Assembly: GCA_021816925.1 (NCBI GenBank) | Contig: JAKAWQ010000009.1 | Coordinates: forward strand, 2,364-66,363 | DNA length: 64,000 bases | Reading direction: 5' to 3' | Source of the DNA: Pseudomonadota bacterium | Lineage (GTDB): Bacteria; Pseudomonadota; Alphaproteobacteria; Acetobacterales; Acetobacteraceae | In this document: positions 41,448 to 48,232 of the stretch, piece after piece | How the letters are laid out: every line of letters begins with the position of its first letter | How positions within the stretch are numbered: position 1 is the stretch's first letter | Made by a program: the position numbers and the translations under genes | The notes under the pieces: generated by a model | Databases searched by the model: none | The model's input: the letters and a program-made list of their open reading frames with translations, nothing else | What the model was told of the DNA's origin: nothing

Positions 41448-42884
41448 TCACGCCCGCGCAGGCGCGGCCATCGCCGCCACTTCGCGCTCGGCGAGCCGGA
41501 GCGCCTTGCTCGCCACTTCAAAGCCCCAGCCGAGCTGCGGCATCGGGTCGCAGAGCGCCGCCCCGCCGGCCCGCGTGAAGCTTTCCGCCGCCCTCCGCGC
41601 GAGACCCCGCTCGCCCTCGTGCCAACGCAAAACCGCTTGCCACGCTCCGAGATCCTTCGGAAACGCCCGCCGGAGCGCCGCCGGCGAAACCGCCAGACGC
41701 TGCGCCAGCACGCCGCTGAACACGCCCGCCGCGAAGGCGCGGAAGCCGGCATCTCCCGCCGTCAGCCGCCCGATCCGCTCCAGCACCAGCAGGCAGAAAT
41801 CGCGGATCGCCGGGTTCTTCGCGATCGTCAGGAAAAGCTCCGCCGTCTGCCAGTCCGCACCTGTTTCACTCTCCCAGAGGCGGCGGTACAGGGCCAGCGT
41901 GCGCCGGGAAAAATCCCCCGCTGCGAACGCCGCTTCCGCCGCCCGCGCCGCATAGAAGGCGCTCTCCATCGCCTTGTGGATGCCGCCGCCGTTCAGCGGA
42001 TCCGCCTGGTTCGCGGCATCCCCCACCAGCATCACCCGCTCATCGAAGATCTTGTCCGGCCGGAAGAACGCCGAAGAGCCGCCGGCAACTGCGCCCAACC
42101 GTTCCGCCCCAGAAAGAACCTCGGCAAGCTCACGCCTCAGAAATCGCCGGAACGTGGCGCCCGGCGCTTCGGGGAGCGGGAAAGCGGGGTCGAGCGCATA
42201 GCCGAGCCCGATATTCGCGAACCCCGTCTCGTCGGCGAAGAGCCACCCGTAGCCCGGAAAATAGGAGCGGTCGAAATAGACCTTGATCGGCGCGCCCTCG
42301 CATTTCACGCCGGTGAAATAGGCGCGTACCGAAACCGCCATCACGCCCGTCTTCAGCCGGTTGCCGATCGCCCGTGACACCGCGGAGGAAACGCCGTCCG
42401 CGCCGATCACGATGCGGCCGCGAAACTCCTCGCTTTTTCCGCCGCTCCTCGCGAACACGCTCGCGTATCCCCGCTCGCGTGACACGCCGCGCACCACCGG
42501 GCCGGCCCGGAATTGCGCGCCGTTGGCAAGTGCATTGCGAAGCAGGATATGGTCGAAGCGCCGCCGGTCGAGCAGCACGGCGAAGTCCGGATAGAGCGTG
42601 CGTTGCGGAAATCCCGCGCTCAGCGTTTTTCTTCCGTTGATGTAAAGATCGCACGCCTTGATGCAGCCCTTGGTCTCGGCCAGCACTTCCTCTGCGCAGC
42701 CGAGCCGGTCGAGCCAGGCGATCGCTTGCGGCGTGAGCCCGTCCCCGCACACCTTCTCGCGCGGGAAGTCCGCCTTGTCGAGAACGAGCACGTCCATCCC
42801 ACGACCCGCAAGAAAGCTCGCGGCCGCGGCCCCGCCCGGCCCCGCACCCACCACGATCACGTCATGCAGGGCCGCCGCGTTCAT
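41448..42884 (-). CDS. novel-operon gene 9: FAD-dependent geranylgeranyl-reductase family (MenJ-like) oxidoreductase with a roughly 100-aa C-terminal extension
   Basis: 478 aa. It has an FAD motif (VIVVGAGPGGAAAASFLAGRGMDVLVLDK) followed by FPREKVCGDGLTPQA, characteristic of the GGR family, then later GDAANQADPLNGGGI. The ATG overlaps the gene 8 stop as ATGA. Confidence 0.85.
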   Translation of the reverse strand: MNAAALHDVIVVGAGPGGAAAASFLAGRGMDVLVLDKADFPREKVCGDGLTPQAIAWLDRLGCAEEVLAETKGCIKACDLYINGRKTLSAGFPQRTLYPDFAVLLDRRRFDHILLRNALANGAQFRAGPVVRGVSRERGYASVFARSGGKSEEFRGRIVIGADGVSSAVSRAIGNRLKTGVMAVSVRAYFTGVKCEGAPIKVYFDRSYFPGYGWLFADETGFANIGLGYALDPAFPLPEAPGATFRRFLRRELAEVLSGAERLGAVAGGSSAFFRPDKIFDERVMLVGDAANQADPLNGGGIHKAMESAFYAARAAEAAFAAGDFSRRTLALYRRLWESETGADWQTAELFLTIAKNPAIRDFCLLVLERIGRLTAGDAGFRAFAAGVFSGVLAQRLAVSPAALRRAFPKDLGAWQAVLRWHEGERGLARRAAESFTRAGGAALCDPMPQLGWGFEVASKALRLAEREVAAMAAPARA

Positions 42885-43549
42885 CCGCTCGCCTCCACCG
42901 AAAGGAGCACAGGAATGCGTATCGTCCCCTCGCCCAGCACCACTACGCTGCCCCGATAGAGATCGGGCGGCAGTGCGTCGGGAATCATTCCTTCCAGCAA
43001 AAATTTCTCGAAATCCATCGGCGCGATCGCGATCTCCGGCGGCGTGACGCCGAGCGCGCCCTCGGGCAAAGTCGCGCCGGTCCGCTCACCCGCGAACGCC
43101 TCGACGAGAAGGCGCACGGGCTTCGCCGCCTCGGCCGATTCGTTATTGATCGAGAATGAAATGCGCACCGCACCGCCGGGCCGGAGCGGCAGGCGGTTGG
43201 TGATGCCGTAGGAGGGCGTCGCCGCGGCCGCGCCGGGCGCCATCGCGGCCAGAGGCCCCGGAGCCGCCGCCCCAGGTGCAACGCCCGGCGCCGCCGGCGG
43301 TTCCTCCGCTTGAGGGCTCAGCATCCGCTCGATGATCTTCGTCTGCGCCGCACTGCCGATCGTGCCGAGCATGGTAAGACCGAGCGAGAGCCCCGCCTCC
43401 GCGAGATCGAGCCCGCGCGCGAGCAACTCCCCGAACCGGTCGAGCCGCGCCTTGAGGTCAAGCGTGTCCTCCGGCGGCTGCGCTGGTGCCGCCTCGGACG
43501 GCGCCGCTCCGCCGGGTGCGGCCGCGCTGCCGTTGCCCCGCTCAGCCAC
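42881..43549 (-). CDS. novel-operon gene 8: hypothetical protein (amphipathic N-region, Pro/Ala linker, beta-sandwich-like C-domain)
   Basis: 222 aa with a GTG start at 43549 that overlaps the end of gene 7 by 8 nt. The C-terminal segment ...AVRISFSINNESAEAAKPVRLLVEAF...YRGSVVVLGEGTIRIPVLLSVE looks like an Ig/CARDB-type beta-sandwich (inference). Confidence 0.6.
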   Translation of the reverse strand: MAERGNGSAAAPGGAAPSEAAPAQPPEDTLDLKARLDRFGELLARGLDLAEAGLSLGLTMLGTIGSAAQTKIIERMLSPQAEEPPAAPGVAPGAAAPGPLAAMAPGAAAATPSYGITNRLPLRPGGAVRISFSINNESAEAAKPVRLLVEAFAGERTGATLPEGALGVTPPEIAIAPMDFEKFLLEGMIPDALPPDLYRGSVVVLGEGTIRIPVLLSVEASG

Positions 43550-43778
43550 GGCACCGGCACCCGTAGCAGGGCGGCTCGCAGCGGATGCACCATTCCTCGT
43601 GCATGCACGGGCGGGCCGGACATTCCAGGCCCCACACGATTCCCTCCGCCGTCTCGCGGATCATGCGCATCTCCCGGCGCGCAAGATGCACCGCCATATG
43701 CCCGAGCCGGACCGCGAGCACCGGCAACACCCCCGCCAGAAGCGCGAGCCCATCCGTCGCCGGCGGCCGACGCCGCAT
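43542..43778 (-). CDS. novel-operon gene 7: small (78 aa) single-TM protein with a Cys-rich C-terminus
   Basis: The ATG at 43778 is preceded by GGGAGG and lies 1 nt after the gene 6 stop. It has a hydrophobic helix (LALLAGVLPVLAV) and the tail ECPARPCMHEEWCIRCEPPCYGCRCRG (7 Cys). It is hidden inside the longer track ORF 43542..44099. Confidence 0.6.
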   Translation of the reverse strand: MRRRPPATDGLALLAGVLPVLAVRLGHMAVHLARREMRMIRETAEGIVWGLECPARPCMHEEWCIRCEPPCYGCRCRG

Positions 43779-43779
43779 C

Positions 43780-44385
43780 TCAGCCTCCCGCCCGATAGGC
43801 AAAGCCGGGCGGGCCGCAGCGCAGCGCGCGCGCCGGCGCCACCGGCACCGCCCGCGCACACCCCTCCTCGAGCCGGCTCGGAATTGCCGGATTGCCGAGG
43901 GCCGCCACATCGGCAAAGCTCCTCTCGTGCGCATGCGATTCCTCGCGCCGCGCGCACTCCCGCGGCACCACCCGCGTCCGGCCCGCGATCTCCACCCGCA
44001 GCACCTCGAAGCCCAGGAGCCGCGCCCGCGCCGTGTATTGCGAAGGCAGATCGAACACCTGATGAATGCCGATCGCGACCGGAGGGATCCGCGTGACATC
44101 GATCTCCACCCCCGGCACCCGGCTCACCGAGAGATTGACCATGGGCAAGCGCGTCACGTTCAGTTGCTCGACATGCAGCGGATCGATTTCCCGCACCCGA
44201 TCGACTGAGAGCGATTCGATCAGCAGCGGCTCGATCTGGTTCAGCTCCTTCACATGCACCGCAACCGGGGCGACCTTCTCGACCGCCGCGATCGTCACCG
44301 GCGCGATGTTGTCCACTTCCTCGATCGTGACCGGATTGAGCGTGATCGGATCGACGCCCGTGACCTGTTTGATATTGACGTCCAC
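43780..44385 (-). CDS. novel-operon gene 6: protein with a periodic V/I-x-P repeat region
   Basis: The GTG at 44385 is preceded by AAGGGAG. The product is 201 aa. Residues about 8-110 form roughly 9 degenerate 11-13-residue units (VDPITLNPVTIEE / VDNIAPVTIAA / VEKVAPVAVHVKE / LNQIEPLLIES ...). Confidence 0.7.
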   Translation of the reverse strand: MDVNIKQVTGVDPITLNPVTIEEVDNIAPVTIAAVEKVAPVAVHVKELNQIEPLLIESLSVDRVREIDPLHVEQLNVTRLPMVNLSVSRVPGVEIDVTRIPPVAIGIHQVFDLPSQYTARARLLGFEVLRVEIAGRTRVVPRECARREESHAHERSFADVAALGNPAIPSRLEEGCARAVPVAPARALRCGPPGFAYRAGG

Positions 44386-44398
44386 GTCTTTTCTCCCT

Positions 44399-45094
44399 TC
44401 AGAGTCCCGGCCAGACGTAATTGAGTACGATCACCTTCGCGGTGTCCGCCACCTGCGGCATGCCCGGGATTTGCACCGTCACACTGTGCTCGGCCGTGCC
44501 GCCGCTCGGCGGCGGCCGATAGAGGAACCAGACTTCGCTGCCCCCCTGCACCGCCCCGTCCACGAGCCAGATCACGCCCGTAGCAGGGCTGTTCCTCGGA
44601 AACGCCCGGAACAGCTGCATCTTGTTCCGCTCGTCGATATACGCATTGTCGTCACCCGAGGCGTAGTAGAGCGTTCGGCTCTTCGGCCAGAGCTCGATCG
44701 TCGGCGCGGGCACGGGCAACGGTCCCACGCCGATGAGCGTCACGAACGCGAACGCCTTGCGCAGCGGATCCGCCCGCGCCGTCGCCACCACGAGATCGGT
44801 GGTGCCGCTGGCAAAGAGCCCCTTGTCCGGCGCCCGATAGAGCCCCGTCTGATCGATCGTGCCGGCCCCCGGCGATCCGTCCGGGGCGATCACCGCGAAG
44901 TTCACGCCGGTATCGGCGTTGCACACGAGAGCCCGGAAGCGGATCTCCGTGTTCGCCCGATCCGTCCAGCGCTCGTCACGGAAATAGAGCTCTGCCTCCG
45001 CCGGCCGAATCTCCACCTCCACGCGGTGCCGCCACACGCCCTCGCGGAGGATACGCCAGTCCTCCCCTCGGCCCGCGTGCACCCGATGCCTCAT
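44399..45094 (-). CDS. novel-operon gene 5: hypothetical protein with an Ig-like segment
   Basis: 231 aa. The ATG overlaps the gene 4 stop as ATGA. The segment ...VNFAVIAPDGSPGAGTIDQTGLYRAPD... resembles bacterial Ig-like (Big) domain signatures. There is no signal peptide. Confidence 0.7.
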   Translation of the reverse strand: MRHRVHAGRGEDWRILREGVWRHRVEVEIRPAEAELYFRDERWTDRANTEIRFRALVCNADTGVNFAVIAPDGSPGAGTIDQTGLYRAPDKGLFASGTTDLVVATARADPLRKAFAFVTLIGVGPLPVPAPTIELWPKSRTLYYASGDDNAYIDERNKMQLFRAFPRNSPATGVIWLVDGAVQGGSEVWFLYRPPPSGGTAEHSVTVQIPGMPQVADTAKVIVLNYVWPGL

Positions 45095-45492
45095 TCCTCG
45101 AACGCCCCCTCGACCGCGGCCTTGAGCAGCCGGCCCGGCACCTCGCCCGTGAGATCGACCTCAACCGTCCCCCGCGCGCTCCCTTCCAGCGCGCATCCGC
45201 CCTCGCCGTCGCCGATCCTGCCCTCCACCCCGACACCGTGGGCGCGGATCGTTGCATTGGCCGGCTTGATATGAATGCGGAACGGACCCACCGATCCCGC
45301 CGCCACGCCCCGCGAGGGTGACAGAAACGGAATCCGCATCAGCAAAGGAATCGCCGCCACCTCGGCCTGAATCGTTCCTGTTGCGATTTCAAGCGCACCC
45401 TCCCCGTTCAGCGCGAAGGAAAGCGGCGCCATCTGCGTGCGCAGCCGGAACTCCGGCGCGCCGGCAAGCGTCACGTGCGCGGCGAATTTCAT
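45091..45492 (-). CDS. novel-operon gene 4: hypothetical protein
   Basis: 133 aa. The ATG overlaps the gene 3 stop as ATGA. I recognise no family. Confidence 0.65.
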   Translation of the reverse strand: MKFAAHVTLAGAPEFRLRTQMAPLSFALNGEGALEIATGTIQAEVAAIPLLMRIPFLSPSRGVAAGSVGPFRIHIKPANATIRAHGVGVEGRIGDGEGGCALEGSARGTVEVDLTGEVPGRLLKAAVEGAFEE

Positions 45493-45683
45493 GGCGCCTT
45501 CTCCTGCGCCTCTTCTCCTCCCTCCGGATAGACGCGCCGCGCGAGGTCGGTGAACATCGCATCCACCGTCTGGTTCAACCGTTCGAACCCGTCCAGCGCC
45601 TTGGCGATCTCCTCGCAGTTCTGCCCCTGCACCTCGAAGTGCACCATCGGCCCGAGGCGGATCGAAAGATTGATGCGCGCCAT
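45489..45683 (-). CDS. novel-operon gene 3: small (64 aa) hypothetical protein
   Basis: The ATG at 45683 is preceded by GGGGAGA. The product is MARINLSIRLGPMVHFEVQGQNCEEIAKALDGFERLNQTVDAMFTDLARRVYP... It is hidden in the longer track ORF 45489..46025. Confidence 0.6.
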   Translation of the reverse strand: MARINLSIRLGPMVHFEVQGQNCEEIAKALDGFERLNQTVDAMFTDLARRVYPEGGEEAQEKAP

Positions 45684-45700
45684 TGTCCCCGTCTCCCCGC

Positions 45701-46291
45701 TCAGCCGTTGCGCCGCCCGCGCCCGGTCTTCACCTGCTGCTCGGCCTCGCGCACCCGCCCGATCAGCAGTTCGAGCGAGGTCAGCACGGTGTCCAGCACC
45801 TCCCGCTCGCGCTGCCCGAGCGCCCGATAGAAGCGCGCCAGCTCCGCCCCGATCTTCCGCCCCTCCTCCGTCTTCCGGTAATCCTTGCCCCGCTCCTGCA
45901 AGACGCTCCCGAACTGATCCAGAACCGAAACCAGCCCGAACAGGAGGTCCGGCCCGGCCTTCGCCTCCGACTTCACCTCCTCGTCCCTCGCCTGGCTCTC
46001 CGGCATCGGCCTGCACCGCCTGCATCTCTTGATCCCGTCCTCAGGCCCGATCCGCCAGAGCCCGTAGGAGGCGGAGCACGCATCCTCGGGAATGGCCCTG
46101 CAGCCGCGCCGGTGCACCACGCCGCGCACGGCATCGAACCGGTAGGGCGCCGCCTCGGTCTCCTCGCGGTTGTCGATCCGAAGGAGCGTGTTCCATTCGC
46201 CGCGCCCCCGTTCCCGATAGAGCGCCTGGATGGCGATCGCCGCCTGCTCGACGAGCGGCCGCCCGCCTTCCCCGCTCATTCCCCACTGCAT
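45701..46291 (-). CDS. novel-operon gene 2: hypothetical protein with a 4-Cys (zinc-ribbon-like) motif and a helical C-terminal half
   Basis: 196 aa. The ATG directly abuts the gene 1 stop (TGAATG). It has CRAIPEDAC...24 aa...CRRC, then a charged helical region (...KDYRKTEEGRKIGAELARFYRALGQREREVLD...). Confidence 0.65.
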   Translation of the reverse strand: MQWGMSGEGGRPLVEQAAIAIQALYRERGRGEWNTLLRIDNREETEAAPYRFDAVRGVVHRRGCRAIPEDACSASYGLWRIGPEDGIKRCRRCRPMPESQARDEEVKSEAKAGPDLLFGLVSVLDQFGSVLQERGKDYRKTEEGRKIGAELARFYRALGQREREVLDTVLTSLELLIGRVREAEQQVKTGRGRRNG

Positions 46292-47212
46292 TCATTCATA
46301 GACATCCCACGCCCCACCGTCCTGCCGCTGCCGGCGATGCTTCTCCAGCCGGGTCGCGTAGTAGCGCCCGAGGAAGCCGAGCAAGAGCGAGCGCCCCGGC
46401 CCCGGCTCGAGACTCGCCTCGATCCGCCGGCGATGCCTCGCGTAGATACGACCGAGTGCGCGCTCCGGAGCATTGAGCCGGTTCATGTATGTCACCCGCC
46501 CCTCCTTGCGGTCGGCGTGGCAGTCGCCGTGATCGTCGATGAACATGATCAGGGCGCCCGCGCTGAAGAGCCCCGCAAGATACGAAAGGGCAACATTTTG
46601 CACAAGGAATATCGCCAGCACCAGGATCGCGTGTCCGCTCCGGTTGCGTGCCGAGCGGCGAAGCACCGCAAGTTCCCGCGCCCGCGTGAGACCCGTCACC
46701 CGCGCCGGCTCGAGCCGCAGCATCACGTCCTCCGCCTGCGCCGCGTGCAGGTGAACGATCGCCTGGCGAAGCAGCGGCGCGAGCACGTCGCGCTCGATGA
46801 ACATGGAGGCCACGATCACGTAGAACAGCCGCTCGCGCGCGTTTCGGATCTCGAACCAGCCGGTTGCCAGCAGCCGCTCGAACCGCGCGAGATACTCGCG
46901 CGCCGCGCTCTCGCCGAAGTCGTCGAGGAAGCTGTCCGCCAGGAAGCAGCAGCAGCCGAACAGGATGGCAAGCCGCCGCCGGCCGGCATCGAAGGTTTCA
47001 CCCGCAATCTCCGTGCAGGCGTGCCCGACCAGCGCCATCTTCGCGCTGAGTTCCAGCATCTTGCGGTATTCCGGCCCGTTCGCGGCCGCCAGTGCCGGGT
47101 AATAGGCCCCGACCAGCGGCGCGAGAACTTCCTTCACCTCGCCGCGATAGCGCCGCGAGAGTTCTTCGAGGCGAGCCGCGTCGGCCCCTTCGCCCGCCGC
47201 CAACCCGGCCAT
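46292..47212 (-). CDS. novel-operon gene 1: helical protein with two Asp-rich motifs (isoprenoid-synthase-like; inference)
   Basis: The likely start is the ATG at 47212, with GGAG 5 nt upstream; the track extends to 47374. The product is 306 aa. It has DSFLDD at residues 93-98 (46919-46936) and DDHGDCHAD at residues 226-234 (46511-46537), about 133 residues apart. Confidence 0.65.
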   Translation of the reverse strand: MAGLAAGEGADAARLEELSRRYRGEVKEVLAPLVGAYYPALAAANGPEYRKMLELSAKMALVGHACTEIAGETFDAGRRRLAILFGCCCFLADSFLDDFGESAAREYLARFERLLATGWFEIRNARERLFYVIVASMFIERDVLAPLLRQAIVHLHAAQAEDVMLRLEPARVTGLTRARELAVLRRSARNRSGHAILVLAIFLVQNVALSYLAGLFSAGALIMFIDDHGDCHADRKEGRVTYMNRLNAPERALGRIYARHRRRIEASLEPGPGRSLLLGFLGRYYATRLEKHRRQRQDGGAWDVYE

Positions 47213-47784
47213 AGCCACTCCGTTCCCCCCGTCCGCTGCTTGCGAGGAGCGAACGCCTCTCTCCCGCGCCGCCACGCCGGCACCGAAACAGAAATTGAGC
47301 TTACGACCGCGCAACCATCGCATGCAACGGAAACCCGCGCTTGCCCGGCAAACCGCCTCCCCCCGGGCGGCCACGCTGCTGGCATGCCCGCTCCGCCGGC
47401 AGATCGAGCGAACGCCGGAGTGCCGTCGCCGCGCTCACCATACCCATGAAATGATGCGTGAAATCATCCGGCCCGTAGCCGCCGAAATCGCCGGGCAGGT
47501 CGGCAAGCCGTGTCTCCGGGCCCGCCAGCCCGCCTGGTGCAGCACGCGACCGCGACCGCACCAGTTACCTTAGCCGACGCAGCGGGCTTCGAGTTACAAG
47601 GGTCTCGCGCGTGCTCTGGTCCCATCGCTGACGCGCGGTGGGACCCTGCGGCTGGTGGCCGGCCACGCGCAAGATCAACGAGAACACCAGCGGCCTCACC
47701 CTCGTTCGAAGAGGCAGGAATTGAAGCCGCGGGTGTGACGCGTCTCACACCGCTCAGCCGCAAGCCCCGCTATTCTCGCGTCCC

Positions 47785-48132
47785 GTGATGCACCCGCCCG
47801 CCGACACGGATCCCGAGAAGGACGCCGCCATGCTTGCCGAGGCCGCTCTCGCCCCATCCCGCCCGCGCACGCTGCCCCCCGGCCTCGCGCGCCTGCCCAC
47901 GGAGCATCTTGCCTTCGCCGGCCGCCTGCTCGCCTTCACCTACGACGATCGCGGCCGCTGCGACGGCTTCGTGCTCGAGCTGCAGGGCGGCGAAGAACGT
48001 TGTTTCGAAACCCGCGAGCCAGGGATCGAGGCCGCACTCCGCCGCGCGCTCGCCTCCGGCGCGCGGATGACGATCCTCACCGCCGCCGCCCAGCCCCGCC
48101 GCCCGCTCGCGATCCTCCCCGGCGAGGACTGA
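47785..48132 (+). CDS. hypothetical protein
   Basis: 115-aa ORF (GTG 47785 or ATG 47788), divergent from the novel operon. It has a plausible globular C-terminal half (...LLAFTYDDRGRCDGFVLELQGGEERCFETREPGIEAAL...). I recognise no family. Confidence 0.4.
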   Translation: MMHPPADTDPEKDAAMLAEAALAPSRPRTLPPGLARLPTEHLAFAGRLLAFTYDDRGRCDGFVLELQGGEERCFETREPGIEAALRRALASGARMTILTAAAQPRRPLAILPGED

Positions 48133-48232
48133 GGCTGCCTTCCCCTCCGCCGGCTCGGCTCGCCTCGGATTTCGTGCTGTGATCACGCGTCGTTCTGCTT
48201 GTTTGTTGCCCGGCGCAAGCGTCTTTCCGGCC

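Noticed and set aside
40920-42377. Plus-strand ORFs 40920..42377, 44066..45274, 45683..47449 and 43332..44208 across the novel operon
   Set aside because: I considered whether the real genes lie on the plus strand. The plus-strand products are Arg/Pro/His-rich and lack start-site signals. The minus-strand ORFs each have a strong SD and stop/start coupling, and include a clearly recognisable GGR-family flavoprotein, so the minus strand is coding.
39281-47212. Operon as a gas-vesicle, encapsulin, bacterial-microcompartment or phage-tail-like cluster
   Set aside because: I could see no GvpA/GvpN-like sequences, no HK97-fold-like capsid signature, no BMC-H/P motifs, no AAA+ ATPase, and no sheath/tube/baseplate-like proteins. 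These identities are not supported by the sequence.
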